Of a DNA stretch of 64,000 bases, positions 11,990 to 25,905 are shown one piece after another. The stretch is from NCBI GenBank assembly GCA_030390025.1, contig CM059432.1:128404001-128468000 (forward strand), in the 5' to 3' direction. The stretch is from Squalus acanthias (lineage: Eukaryota). Made by a program: the position numbers and the translations under genes. Position 1 is the stretch's first letter, and each line of letters starts with the position of its first letter. The notes below the pieces were generated by a model. The model ran no database searches. It had not been told where the DNA came from and saw only the letters and a program-made list of their open reading frames with translations.

Positions 11990-12930
11990 CGCCTCTAATG
12001 CCTCCAGTTCCTAAAACTCAATCTCCCAAATTACACACACTGCTGCTGGGCAGCTCAGTCCCCCAAGTGCTTGTGGTCTGGTCCTTAGCTGCCCTGCATA
12101 ACTTGTGGCTGGGAGTGAAAACGAGAACCTCACATCCCATACGCAGCCTACTATACATGCAACTTCAAAAGAGATTCCAAGAAAGCCAGAAGTACCCTGT
12201 TATCACTGCAGCTCTTTCTTTCTAGAGCCAGGTCTGTGCTTTCCTAAAGATTCTATCGGGCCTCTCTGAAGTATGGCAAAATGGTGAGCTCCCATGAAGA
12301 CTTACCTCAGATGAATGCAGAGTCTGACGTGAGATTTAGCAGATTAGGCAAGCCTATCCTTGAGGACCAGATCATGCCTCTGCACCAGCTAACTGACAAA
12401 TTTCACCTTGCCCAACAGGACCAATACCACTATCTTCAGATGAAGCAGTACCTCCACAATTCTGCAATACTTTGCAAACTTCAGTGTGCACCAACACTCT
12501 TGAAACTATTTTTCCTCTACTCCAAACAGTGTCTCGGACACTTTTCCACCCTGTGTACCATCATTGCCTTCCGGACCAAAGACAGAACAGAAATCCTGAA
12601 GATTGCCTGTAAACAGGACTAGGCCGATTGTTAAGTGTGGAGGAATGGTGGAGATATCGAGTTAGACCTTAAAACACCACCACCTGCTTCAAAGTGCAGG
12701 AAGGCCAGTTCAAAAGCATACATTATATGTACTGTGCCCCATATGTGCTCCTCAATTTCCATCCCTCATGATCTGGTCCTCAAGGATGTGCTGCCTAATC
12801 TGCTAAATCTCTTGTCAGATGACTGATGAGGGTCTGCAGCCTGAAGGACATCCATCTCCACATACTCTGGACAGGAGTTCAGGGGATCGCCAGGAATATG
12901 ACTGGTTGAACGATCACAGATGACCCAGCT
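11990..12930 (+). mobile_element. Decayed L1-clade ORF2 C-terminal remnant
   Basis: ORF 12281-12622 LHQLTDKFHL..YHYLQMKQYL resembles the fish L1 ORF2 C-terminal region. Confidence 0.55.
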
Positions 12931-13429
12931 CAGTCATTGCTTGTCCCGCCCACTGGAGAGAAAGGGTCCCCCTGCAACAAGCAGGCTGCCAATTGATGCG
13001 AGTGATTTTTGACACCTTTCCTGGAGTCAAGAAGTGCCAGGCACTCTGGGGCCCATTGTAGGAGACACAGACTGCCTCTTAAGTGCCGCAAGCCACCCAC
13101 TGGCCATGTGGGTGCCAACACAACTAGCATGATCACCACTATTAAGGACCTCTCCCTAAATCTAACTAACCCTAGAACCCAGGTTCTAACAAGCTGGTTG
13201 GCCCCTCAGCCCACATTACTTCCAGTGCAAGCAGTCTGATGTGGTGGTAGATTCCTGTTTGCAGGCACCATGCAGTCAAGAATGTGCAGTGATTCCATAA
13301 ACCAAGTATAGGACTATGCACTCCGATAAAATGTGTATGATTATACATCTAAATATACATTGACCTCATAAATATCTGTACCCTCAATCACACAATAGCT
13401 TCATAAAATGTATGAATGTACACTGCATG

Positions 13430-13865
13430 TATAACAACATTTATATAGCGCCTTTAATGTAGTAAAACGTCCCAAGGCGCTTCACATGAGCGTCATCAAC
13501 AAAATTTGACACTGCGCCACATGAGATATATAGGAGAGGTGACCAAAAGCTTGGTCAAAGAAGTTGGTTTTAAGCAGCATCTTAAAGGGGAAGAGGGGTT
13601 TAGGTCAGGAATTCCAGAGCTTGGCAGCTAAAGGTACAGTTGTCAATGGTGGAGCGAAGAAAATCGGGGATGTGCAAAAGGCCAGAATTGGAGGAGCGCA
13701 GAGATCTTGGAGGCTTGTAGGTCTGGAGGACGTTACAGAGACAGGGAGAGGTGAGGGATTTGAAAACAAGGATGAGAATTTTTAAGTCTGGGTGTTGCTG
13801 GACCGGGAGCCAATGTATGTCAGCGAGCATAGGGATGATGGGTGAACAGGACTTGGTGTGGTTCA
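13430..13865 (-). mobile_element. L2 LINE 3' fragment
   Basis: ORF 13600-13866 IHWLPVQQ..KILILVFKSL..PPRSLRSS; L2 tail near 13435. Confidence 0.85.
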
Positions 13866-15666
13866 TAAAACAGGAACAGCTTCATAAAATGCAAATGTAA
13901 ATTCTTGAATGCAATAAAAAAGTGGGAAAAATTTCTTTTAAAAGATGCTGTTAATCAATAGGTTTTTATTTTGTAAGTTTGAAATTGAATTAACTTTAAT
14001 TTTACTTTTATTGAGAGTAAAATTTTATGCTCACAGTACTTGCTCTTAGTTGTATTCTCCTTTAGAACCAATATATTTGTCATGTAAATAGGGAAGTTAA
14101 TTGAGTAAATGTTCCAAAATGTAGTTGACAAAACCACATTAAACAACGAGAGATTATCTACTCTGGTATCTTTGTATGTTTTAATTTAAATCAGATTGAC
14201 TGATGCAGTTCATGCCAGTAATGCACGAATAACATTGGCATTCAAAGTAATATAGATTCCAATTAAAATGTTTTATCTTTCTACCTTTTGGTGAAGTTTT
14301 AGCTTTTAATAAATATGCAGTATCTATGTTGTCTTGACATTGAAAGGTTTTCATCACCGCTAAAGTGACCTACGAATTGGATTCTCCTTCCCTGTGTGAA
14401 ATTTGAAGTGCAGTTAATTCACATTTTGTCAGGTCTGGCATGTAAGCATTTAAAATGGTATATTCAGCAGGTTTTCTGAAAGAATAAGTGTAATTTGGTC
14501 TCCTACTTTTCTAGCTAGTTTATTGTCAAAGGGACAATCTAGTTCATCTTCTTGGTACCTGGGTCAGTCTGAAATGGAACAGTTGCAGATGCTGATATAA
14601 ATGAGGCAGTAGACGCCTGATACTTCAGAGACCTTCCTGTTTTCCTTTTTCAGCTTTGACTATTTCCCTGTTTTTAAACCGAATATTTCTCTTTTTTTAT
14701 GCCGTACAGTTCCTTGTTCTACATAAAATACTAATGTTGTGAGAATGTTCTCCGTATGTGTTATACTGTCATCATGAAAATAACTATGAATAATTTTTAG
14801 ATGGTAATGGTAGTTCTACCTGCAAGCAAGTTATACTATACCGAGTACTTTTGCGAGTCTGATTTGAAGTTTGGGGTTTGAAGGCCAAAATCTAGATCCC
14901 TAGGAGTCCCTGTGAGAAACGTTTTATAGTTTATATTATTGCCAGATTTACTTTTTTCTGAAGCGAATTTTTCCAGTGCATCTTCATAGCACTATACACG
15001 CATTTGAGCGTCTCTATTATCCAGCTGTTAAAAGTTTGAGTCTGAACCTCAAGTTATCTGAAGTTCTACTTGTTTTCACAGATACTTCTGTAGTTGCATA
15101 AGGCAAGTTGGGAACAGTGTGAATATCAGAAACAATGGCTGTAGTCATCAGTTGGCAATTCAGTGTTAGGATATGTGGCATTCAGTGTTAGGATATGTGA
15201 GAGAATGCTTGATTAGTGAGTGTAAATGGGCAGGGAGAGTAGATCCACACAATGTATTTACATTATTCAACCAGACACCATGTGTCTCTTTTTCTTGATT
15301 TGACCTTGTTGTTTTTAATCGGTTTACCTGTGCATACCCTAGGATGCTAAAGCCATTAATAAACCATGATACAGGACTAGTTTAATAATTCTTTGGTTAG
15401 CGAATACATGATTTTTAACTAAAATTTGGGGTCTCTTAGCTGCTCAGTTCTCAGTTTATTCTGGTAGTAAATATCTGTAAATAACCTGGTTACTTTTGGA
15501 ACTGGCCTGGCACTATTACAGTTCTAAAGTGTATTTGTCTCTACTTTTGGGCTTCCCCAGGTCAACAGCAGTGGTTTGTATTTATATAGCATCCTTAACA
15601 TAAAATGGAAGATTAACGAATACCATGTAAAGATAAGCATTGCCACTCGTGGGGGCGGAGGGGCTG

Positions 15667-15836
15667 GTGCTAAAATTCAATTCGGTGGGGGCACTAAAGG
15701 GGTGATAGCGGATCAGCAACCCTTTATATCCAGCTGAATTAAAATCAGTGGAAAGGGAAATCAGGGCAGGGTGTGTAATGGGCGGCCAGTCTGCCATCAA
15801 CATTTTTACGCCCCTGCTGAAGTTGAATTTTAACCC
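15667..15836. mobile_element. Short Harbinger-like MITE
   Basis: Imperfect TIRs gtgctaaaattcaa / ttgaattttaaccc. Confidence 0.55.
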
Positions 15837-15899
15837 TATAAGTAGCAGTGCTTATCCTTGCATGGTGTTTGTTAATAATGGACAGCATACAGGAAATAG

Positions 15900-16560
15900 A
15901 AGGGTAAACCCTGAGAATGAGTAAGAAATTGGGTGACATGTAGGACACAATGAATATTCATTAGAGGAATGATGTCAGGGTTGGGGGCAGTAGGAGTGGG
16001 GTGCCCAGTGTTGGGAACATTACTTTTTCTACTTTCAAAAATTGCTTGGATTCAGATACCCAATGCAAATGGGCAAATTTGCAGATGCTACCAAACTAGT
16101 AGGGACAGCTCAGAAATTACGAAATAAGTTGCCATAATATGTAAGTGGGCAGAGCAGTGGCTGAAGAAATTTAAGGAAGACAAATATGAGGTATTGCACA
16201 TAGGAAGGAAGAAAAATAAATAGTACTCAATCCCTGAATGGTGTTGAAATAGCTAAGGATGAAGCCAAAAGCGAGTTAGTTGGTAGTCTCAGTAGACTCT
16301 ATGTTCAACATGTGCAACCAGTGCAGAACAGCAATCAGAGAAGCCAATGCTGAACTGTGTAGCCAAAACAGCTGAATAGAAGTTAGCGAAAGTAATTACC
16401 AAACTGTATAGTGCTCTAGTTTCTGAGTTGCTTGAGTACTGTGTCCAATTCTGGCATCGAGACACACAGGAGATATTCAGGCGCTTGAGACAGTGTAGAA
16501 AAGAGACATAGGTTAGGTTGACTCTTGCTGTCGGAGTCTTGAGTTATGAGAAAAGATTCT
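15900..16560 (+). mobile_element. Old CR1 RT fragment
   Basis: aaatttgcagatgctaccaaacta (decayed KFADDTKL), cttgagtactgtgtccaattctgg (LEYCVQFW). Confidence 0.7.
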
Positions 16561-16699
16561 TTGCCCTTCTAAATCTGAAATAATCCTGAGAGCCTGCATT
16601 GAAAATGTATAGTTCACGTATGATACATGAATAAATATTACTTTTGTTGTTTGACCAAAAACAATCCATCAGTTCTAGAACCAAGTGCTTTGTAAAAAG

Positions 16700-17176
16700 G
16701 TGTGTTGTTTATTGGCATGAATTCACTCATTAATTTTATTATTCAAACTTCCATCCTAATGATCCCCTTGAGGTGTCCTTTATCCGTGCCTGAAGCAAGT
16801 GTTAATTCATTTGCATATGCAAATAAGGGGCCTAATGCCTGCTTCAGGCCCCTGTTACAACATTGGCTTTCTCTGAGTAAACCAAGTCTAAACATCGTGT
16901 AAGTAAAAAAAGGTAAGTACATGCCACCGCTTCCGTTCCTGACATCCCTGACCCCCGACATCCAGGCCCTGGCCTCGACCTCCAATCTCCCTCCCGACTG
17001 TGACTTCTAGGCCCCCGACCCCTGATGTCTTCTTCCTGAGGCCCCCAATCTACCTACCTGTGAGCTGCTGTGCTAGCTTGGAGGATTTACCTGATGCTCC
17101 TATCAGTGCTGGCTTCATGATGATGGGTGGGGGGGGGGGGTGTGCCCAATAGTGGGTGCTCTTGAATTTAACCCCC
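16700..17176. mobile_element. Degenerate Harbinger-like MITE (right end only clear)
   Basis: Right TIR-like ttgaatttaaccccc; internal aaaggtaagt and cccgac repeats. Confidence 0.4.
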
Positions 17177-19069
17177 TATTTCTTTCTGACCTTTCTAGAC
17201 TATTCACCAACTGTGGCTAAGAGGTGGGTAACTCCCTAAGCCTACACCAATGTTGCTCTGTGCTGATTGTTAGGTGGTGCACCCAGAGAGGAGTCTTTGT
17301 TTTTTCTCCCCCGCCCAACCTCTGCTTCCTTGTAGAAGTGGCTTACTTTGGCTCAAAATTTTCCCTCAGGAATATTGCTAAAGTTGGGAACTGTGAAATG
17401 TGGATGATTGAACTAGTGTTCCACCAATGCATTGGCAACCTTGATTGCAATATATCCTGTGATGCCACTTATTCATTGAAATTGTTGTTCTGGGGTTGAA
17501 ATTCCGATGAGTTGAATGAATTGTGGCTACCCTAAAATGAGTCAAGTACCAGCCCTCAGAAGGCAGATTCTTGATTGGCTACAATAACTTTCCTCAGTTT
17601 CTGTTCCAGCTAAAACAGTGTACAATATTTACTCTGGCTACACATACAGTATCAATATATAGTATTGGGTTATACTCTTGTACCTCCTATGTCAATTGGC
17701 ATAGTTGGAGGCTTTCGATACTTTTGATAGGCTAGTGTGACAAAAATGTTGAACATGGAGCCACGTTGTCAGTTGAAATATCTGTAATTGAAGGATGAAT
17801 TCCCTTCTTTAACAAAGGCAAATTGCAGGTTTAGCCACCGTTTTCTTTTCTTTTTTAAAGCACTGCATATGCTAAAGTAGAAGTGCCGCATTTTCTTTTG
17901 GGTTTTTCTTGCTTCCTCTTATGACACTTGCTAAGCTTCCTTTTTTTGTGAGACAGGCTTGTGGTGAGGTCACTTACAGAAATGAGGAAGTTGAGTAGAG
18001 TTGCAAAGCAACATCCAGCCCACACTGTAGTAGCAGAAAGTGTTAGCAGAGTTGGGTCTTTGATCTGTGTCAAAAGAATAACTGATATAATTTAAAAGTT
18101 TTTGTCAGTACTGAATTTCTGCTGCCGATTTCAGAAGGTCAGTAATAAATATTATGAAACTTAGGCTGATTAATGTAGGTTGAGAATTGTAATTTTGCTA
18201 TTACCCACATTAAATTTCTTTTAAATCATTTAGTCAGTACTGGTTGGTCTGTGTTTGTACGTGTCTTTGTCCTTCTGGTTAAGGTTGCTTTATGATTATT
18301 CTTCTGTAACTCTTTGGGGACAGTTAATGGCATTTCTGCACAAAAATATCAAATAGAAAAGATGATCAGATGTTAAGAATCAAAAATGATCTATTATGAT
18401 TCAGATTGCTTCAAGACTCTGCTGCTTTTTAATTGCATACTGTTTGTTATATGCATAACTGAAAGTAGACATTTGCTGCTATCTTGCCTGTGCCACCATG
18501 TCTCTGAATAAACCAGTTCTTTCAATATTATAATATTTTGTCAAATTTTCAGCAAACTTTGTAATCTAAATGGCTTCCTCTTGGGGCTCTGGGTTGCTTA
18601 TAGAAAATTACTTGATGACAACCATCTTTCTCCCTGTAAGCAATTATACGAGAAATATAATTGGCAATTGGAGACATAATTAGAAGTCTGAGCATAAATG
18701 CTTCATAGTAAAATATCACTTATAGAAATGTGTACGCAATATAGGTAAATGCACAGGCTGCATATTATATTGAAATTTATAAAACATGTTTTTGTTCAAG
18801 ACTGAACATTACCCCTTCTACACACTGATCTAACAGTGCAATTTTGTTACATTTATTTTAAAGCTGGTACCATTTTCCGAGCAGAGATTTGTGGAGTCAT
18901 ATTGCATGCTAAGACTATCTTCAATCTGGCAAAATGGAGTTTTCTATAAGTATACTTGAATGTATGTGTAAGGCTGTGCTTCATTGTTTCAATTGCATTT
19001 GATAACATTTTTTAAGTTAGAACAGTTGACTAGCTCATTTCAAAAGATTCAAAAGTCAGTTTTGAAAAG

Positions 19070-19500
19070 GCTTCTCAATGGTTGAACAAGTTTATCCAGT
19101 GAGTAGCTGAGCAGTTCAGATCAGGTAGGTCCCAAGTTTGATCTTCGGTCTATGTTTGGTATCTAAACTGGGTTGGAGAGGTGGAAAATTTAACAGGGTA
19201 CCTGCTGCTGATTACTGTCCAGTTGGAAGTGTGTGTAAATGCCTGTGAGGGCAGGATTGGGCTTGCATGTGGTGACACTGGATCCTCCGTTTTCTCCTCC
19301 CTCTCTCCCCCCCCACCCCCCCAAATACCACACTGACTCAATAGGCTGAAGACATACTCTTTTCAGGATTATGCATGAATAATGATTACTTGGACACAAT
19401 ACTGGAGAATGATTGAAACCATCCTCCAGCAAGGTGTCAATGCCTTTTAAGAGGGGAGAAAATTGGTGAGAAAAGTCGAGAAGTGTTATTTATGCCTGGT
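19070..19500 (+). mobile_element. Old SINE-like repeat
   Basis: Homologous to 8700-9060. Confidence 0.5.
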
Positions 19501-19630
19501 TGTTGTGCAAGACTACCTCCTCCAAGTGGTGCCACATTTTTACAGAAAATTTGCTTTGCTTCCTGTCTGCAAAATCCACATTGTACCGATGCAGGATGTG
19601 CAGTATCAATGGAATTTAATGCATGTTGAT

Positions 19631-22600
19631 TATTTTTTTTATTCGTTTATGGGATGTGGGTGTCGCTGGCAAGGCCAGCATTTATTGCCCATCCCTAATT
19701 GCCCTTGAGAAGGTGGTGGTGAGCCTCTGCCATGAACCGCTACAGTCCGTGTGGTGAAGCTACTCCCACAGTGCTGTTAGGTAGGGAGTTCCAGGATTTT
19801 GACCCAGTGACGATGAAGGATCGGCGATATACTTCTAAGTCAGGATGGTGTGTGACTTGGAGGGGAATTTGGAGGTGGTGGTGTTCCCATGCGCCTGCTG
19901 CCCTTGTCCTTCTCGGTGGAAGAGGCGCGGGTTTGGGAGGTGCTGCCGAAGAAGCCTTGGTGAGTTTCTGCAGTGCATTTTGTAGATGGTACACAATGCA
20001 GCCACGGTACACCGGTGGTGGAGGGAGTGAATGTTTAAGGTGGTGGATGGGGTGCCAATCAAGCGGGCTGCTTTGTCCTGGATGGTGTCGAGCTGCTTGA
20101 GTGTTGTTGGAGCTGCACTCATCCAGGCAAGTGGAGAGTATTCCATCACACTCCTTACTTGTGCCTTGTAGATGGTGGAAAGGCTTTGGGGAGTCAGGAG
20201 GTGAGACACTCGCTGCAGAATACCTAGCCTATGATCTGCTCTTGTTGCCACAGTATTTATGTGGTTGGTCCAGTTAAGTTTCTGGTCAATGGTGACCCCC
20301 AGGATGTTGGTGGTGGGGGATTCGCCGATGGTAATGCCATTGAATGTCAAGGGGAGGTGGTTAGACTCTCGCTTGTTGCAGATAGTTATTGCGTGGCACT
20401 TGTGTGGCGCGAATGATACCTGCCACTTATCAGCCCAAGCCTGAACGTCGTCCAGGTCTTGTTGCATGCGGGCATGGACTGCATCGTTATCTGAGGAGTT
20501 GTGAATGGCACTGAACACTGCAGTCATCAGTGAACATCCCCATTTCTGACCTTATGTTGGAGGGAAGGTCATTGATGAAGCAGCTGAAGATGGTTGGGCC
20601 TAGGACACTGCCCTGAGGAACTCCTGTAGCGATGTCCTGGGGCTGTGACGATTGACCTTCAACCACCACAACCATCTTCCTTTGTGCTAGGTATGACTCC
20701 AGCCAGTGGAGAGTTTTCCCCCCCGAGTCCCATTGACTTCAGTTTTACTAGGGCTCCTTGATGCCACACTCGGTCAAATGCTGCCTTGATGTCTAGGGCA
20801 GTCACTTTCACCGTACCTCTGGAATTCAGCTCCTTTGTCCATGTTTGGGCCAAGGCTGTAATGAGATCAGGAGCCGAGTAGTCTTGGCGGAACCCAAGCT
20901 GGGCAGTGAGCAGGTTATTGGTGAGTAAGTGCCGCTAAATAGCACTGTCGATGACACCTTCCATCACTTTGCTGATGATGATTGAGAGTAGACTGATGGG
21001 GCGGTAATTGGCCGGATTGGATTTGTTCTGCTTTTTGTAGACAGGACATACCTGGGCAGTTTTCCACATTGTCGGATAGATGCCAGTGTTGTAGCTGTAC
21101 TGGAACAGCTTGGCTAGAGGCGCGGCTAGTTCTGGAACACAAGTCTTCAGCACGATAGCCGGGATGTTGTTGGGGCCCATAGCCTTTGCTGTATCCAGTG
21201 CGCTTAGCCGTTTCTTGATATCACGTGGAGTGAATCAAATTGGCTGAAGACTGGCTTCTGTGATGGTGGGCACCTTGAGAGGAGGCCGATATGGACCATC
21301 CACTTGGCACTTCTGGCTGAAGATGGTAACAAATGCTTCAGCCTTGTCTTTTGCACTCACATGCTGGGCTCCACCATCATTGAGGATGGGGATATTCATG
21401 GAGTCCTCCTCCTCCCATTAGTTGTTTAATGGTCCACCACCACTCATGACTGGATGGGGCAGGACTGCAGAGCTTTGATCTGATTCACTGATTGTGAGAT
21501 CGCTTAGCCCTGTCTATTACATGCTGCTTCTGCTTTTTAGCATGCATGTAGTCCTGTGTGGCACCTCATTTTTAGGTATGCCTGGTGCTGTTCCTGGCAT
21601 GCTCTTCTACACTCCTTATTGAATCAGGATTGGTCCCCTGGCTTGATGGTAATGGTAGAGTGAGGGATATGCCTGGCTATGAGGTTACAGATTGTGGTGG
21701 AATACAATTCTGCTGCTGCTGATGGACCACAGTGCCTCATGGATGCCCAGTTTTGAGCTGCTAGATCTGTTCTGAATCTATCCCATTTAGCACGGTGGTC
21801 GTGCCACACAACATGATGGAGGGTGTCCTCAGTGTGAAGACGGGACTTCGTCTCCACAATGACTGTGCAGAGGTCACTGCTACCAATACTGTCATGGACA
21901 GATGCATCTGTGACAGGTAGATTGGGGAGGACGAGGTCAAGTAGGTTTTTCCCTCGTGTTGGTTCTCTCACCACCTGTCGCAGGCCCAGACTGGCAGCTA
22001 TGTCCTTCAGGACTCGGCCAGCTCGGTCAGTAGTGGTGCTACCGAGCCACTCTTGGTGATGGACATTGAAGTCCCCCACCCAGAGTACATTCTGTGCCCT
22101 TGCTACTCTCAGTGCTTCTTCCAAGTGGTGTTTAACATGGAGGAGTACTGATTCATCAGCTGAAGGAGGGCGGTAGGTGGTAATCAGCAGGAGGTTTCTT
22201 TGCCCATGCTTGACCTGAAGCCATGAGACTTCATGGGGTCCGGAGTCAATGTTGAGGACTCCCAGGGCCACTCCTTCCCGACTGTATACCACTGTGCCGC
22301 CACCCCTGGTGGGTCTGTCCTGCCGGTGGGACAGGACATACCCAGGGATGGTGATGGAGGAGTTTGGGACATTGGCTGAAAAGTATGATTCTGTGAGTAT
22401 GACTGTCAGGCTGTTGCTTGACTAGTCTGTGGGACAGCTCTCCCAATTTTGGCGCAAGTCCCCAGATGTTGGTGAGGAGGACTTTGCAGGGTCGACTGGG
22501 CTGGGTATGCTGTTGCCGTGTCTGTAGCCGGTGCCGAGTCAACCACATTGCTGTGGGTCTGGAGTCACATATAAGCCAGACCAGGACGGCAGATTTCCTT

Positions 22601-22803
22601 CCCTAAAGGACATTAGTGAACCAGATGGGTTTTTACGACAATCCGATAGTTTCATGGTTACCATTACTGATACTAGCTTTTTATTCCAGGTTTATTTAAA
22701 TTCCTCAGCTGCCATGGTGGGATTTGAACTCACGTCTCTGGATCATTAGTCCAGGCCTCTGGATTACTAGCCCAGTGACATTACCACTATGCTACCATTC
22801 CCC
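19631..22803 (-). mobile_element. Near full-length CR1/L2-group LINE (APE + RT), frameshifted, with tRNA-derived 5' end
   Basis: APE ORFs 22246-22548 (TNIWGL) and 21624-22292 (YRPPS, GDFN); RT ORFs 20935-21180 (NYRPISLL), 20659-20853 (DIKAAFDRVWH), 20487-20675 (GVPQGSVLGP), 19835-20527; tail at 19631-19720. Confidence 0.9.
22531..22803 (-). promoter_or_regulatory. tRNA-derived SINE-type head with Pol III A and B boxes
   Basis: Minus-strand box A TGGTAGCATAGTGG (22784-22797), box B GAGTTCAAATCCC (22719-22731); paralog at 61350-61573. Confidence 0.8.
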
Positions 22804-22969
22804 TTATATAGCTAGACAAATCATGTATTTGTTTTTAGTGTGGGTTCCCAAAAACAGTAAATACAATAACATTTTAATATTTTTCCTGCTTCCTATTCCA
22901 GTGGATAAAATAAGTGAAGTGATTTGCCGAAAGTCAGCTCTCCGTGTTTTCAACAGTAGCTTGGATTTA

Positions 22970-24310
22970 AGAAGCACGTTTAACATAAAAAAATGTCATA
23001 AGGCACTCTACAGGAATGTAATAAAAAGAAATGGATGCCAAAGAAGGTAATATTAGTGGTGTCGAAATCTTGGTGAAAGAGGTGGATTTTAAGGGGGCCT
23101 TGAAGGAGGAGGAAGGCTGCCAATGGTGGGGTGAAGGGAGAATGAGGTAGAGGGGAGAGCACGCCCCCACAGTCGGAGGAACTAAGAGTTCAGGGAGTGA
23201 GGCAGTGAGGAGGACTAGTAGGGCTGAAAGAAGCTACAGCGATGGGGAAGAGCAAGCAATGAAGGGTTTAAGCACAAGGATGAGAATTTTAAATTTGTGG
23301 TGTTGAAGTATCAGGAACCAATGTAGATCAGCGAGGATGCAGGTGTTTGGTGACTACAACTTGGTTCAGGATAAGATAGTGGGCAATAGAGTTTTGGATG
23401 AGCTGACGTTTAAGGAGTGTGGTGTCTGATGAGCTGGTTAGGAGAGTATTGGAACAGTGAAGTCTGGAGGTGACAAAGGTCAAAGTGACAATCCGGGTCC
23501 TGGCATTTGAGGCAGGGGCGGAGTTGGGCGATGCTTTGGAGGTGAAAGTAGGCGGTCTTTGTGCTGTAGCATGAGCGGAAACCTGATTGGAGAGATTCAC
23601 ATAGGAAGTTGAGAGAAAGATGGGTATGTATTTTGGAGGTGACATGTTCAAGGACTTTGGAAAGGAAAAGGAGTTTGGAGATGGGATGGTAGTTTGCAAG
23701 GACAGAGAGATCAAGGATGAGGAGTTACTAAGGACAGATATCTTGGTGAGAAACTTGTGGTGTGGTTTGGGGGGATTTTAGAGATGAGGGGTGGAACAAG
23801 ATTAGTGCTAAAGAGAAGGTGCCGGGGGGTAAGGGGAGAGACTAATGTGACTTGTTGAGTTCCAAGCCAGTACCAGGGCGGGTGGTGGAGAATATAGCTA
23901 GGCGGGGAGACTTTGGTAAGGGGTAAGTTTCAGTCAAAAACTGGTATCAATGCAGTCATTCACAATAAGCTCATAGATGACAAGGAAACTGACATTCTGG
24001 AGGGAGTTGCGGAGAGGGACGGTGATCGATCCACTGGTAGAGTCCAAGGGGGTAATGGGTGTGGTGAATGGGGCAGGAAGGATGTTTGAGGTTATCCCCC
24101 TGCGGCCACGCTGGGTGGGAAGATTGGTGAGAGAAGAGGATAGCGCAGCTGGGGTTTCTGCTTGTAAGGAGTTCATTGATAGGTCCTTTAGAGAATGTCA
24201 GGAGAGACACAGAAGGCAGCTTTGGGATTATTCAAAGGGGATTCAAACCTGGAATGGCAGCAGGAGAATAGCATGGCAGAGGAGTAGTGATGGATGGGGG
24301 TGGTGAGCAG
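22970..24310 (-). mobile_element. Degenerate L2 LINE
   Basis: FVTSRLHCSNTLL and LQLIQNS-like motifs; APE-like remnant at 23930-24310; L2 tail near 22975. Confidence 0.7.
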
Positions 24311-24959
24311 CTTCTAAATAAAAGGAGAAATAAAAGGCATGACTGGGTAACAGGAAGGGGAATAGACAGGAAAGAAGGGGCCGAAGAAAATAAAATCAAG
24401 CGAGATGAAAGTAATGCGGTCAGGTCTGAGCGGTAGCCAAAATATGATGCGCAAAGCTTATTTAATTACAACTTTCTAAACTACACCAACAGGCAATTAC
24501 TTTGTACTTCATTTTGACGAATAGTTATTTTCAATTTAAAATGAGTGTTGAGATTATAGTAGCTTATTGTGGAACTTTCAAGGGTATTTGTTAAATTCCA
24601 TATGCTTGTTTCATTCCATCCTAAAATGAAATTTCCCTCAAAGTACCTCAGAAATTACCCATTCCCAGCATTCAGAAGTTATTAGTGACATCCAGCGGCA
24701 AATCCTACTTATTTTTTACACTTGCAATGCACAACATGGCTTACTGCCCTGTACTGTAATTTTGTATTCCATTTAAGTGATTTAAAAAAAATCACTAGCT
24801 GTGAGCATCAGGACCAACATACATTTCATGCACAAGCAGTCTCAGAAGTGCATGTGTTTTCATGTATGCATTTTTAGTGTGTTTATATGTAAATAATGAC
24901 AGTATGCAGAATGTCTGATTTTTATTTTATATTTCTGTATGGTACAGAGTTTGAACTGA

Positions 24960-25905
24960 TTCATGGACTTGGGGGTACAGGGCACAATTTTGAAATTTGC
25001 AGATGACACGAAACTTGGAAGTGTAGTAAACAGTGAGGAAGATAGTAATAGACTACCAGAGGACATAGACAGGCTGGTCGAATGGGCAGACACATGACCG
25101 ATGAAATTCAGTGCAGAAAAGTGTGAGGTGATGCATTTTGGTAGGAAGAATGAGGGGAGACAATACAAGCTAAATGGTACAATTTTAAAAGGGTACAATT
25201 TTAAAAGGGTACAAGAACAGGGAGACCTGAGGGTGCTTGTGCACAAATCTTTGACAGTGGTAGGACAGGTTAACAAAGCAGTTAATAAAGCATATGGGAT
25301 CCTCGGCTTTATAAATAGAGGCATAAAGTACAAAAGCCAGGAAGTTATGATAAACCGATATAAAACACCAGTTCAGCCCCAGCTGAATTCTGGGCACCAC
25401 ACTTCAGGAAGGACTTGAAGGCTTTGGAGAGGGTACAGAGAGATTTACTAGAATGGTTACAGGGATGAGGGATTTCAATTAAGTGGATAGACTGGAGAAG
25501 CTGGGGTTGTTCTCCTTAGAGTAGAGAAGGTTAAGAGGAGATTTGATAGAGGTGTTTCAATTATGAAAGGTTTAGATAGGGTAAATAAAGAGAAACTGTT
25601 TCCAATGATTGAAGGGTCGATAACCAGAGGGCACAAATTTAAGATGATTGGCAGAAGAACCAGAGGCGACATGAGGGAAAAACTTCTTATGCAAGCGAGT
25701 GGTTAGGATTTGGAATGCACTGCCTGATACGGTGGTGGAAGCAGATTCAGGAGTAGCCTTCAAAATGGAATTGGATAAATACTTGAAGCAGAAAAAATTG
25801 CAGGGATATGGGGAAAGAGTGGGGGAGTGGGACTAACTGGATTGCTTTTCGAAAGAGCTAGTGCAGACTCGATGGGCCAAATAGCCTCCTTCTGTGCTTC
25901 TATTA
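24960..25905 (+). mobile_element. CR1 LINE 3' portion
   Basis: [11 protein letters not shown] 25101-25418 (EKCEVMHFGRKN); 3'UTR hairpin and tail. Confidence 0.9.

Noticed and set aside
12820..12850. CTGATGA...GAAG hammerhead-like string
   Set aside because: Lacks GAAA and helix III; lies within the L1 remnant
15158..15200. 22-bp tandem duplication (similar ones at ~5946-5978 and ~25175-25213)
   Set aside because: Ordinary slippage duplications
22715..22803. Functional tRNA gene
   Set aside because: A and B boxes present but no convincing cloverleaf; continues into a repeat body
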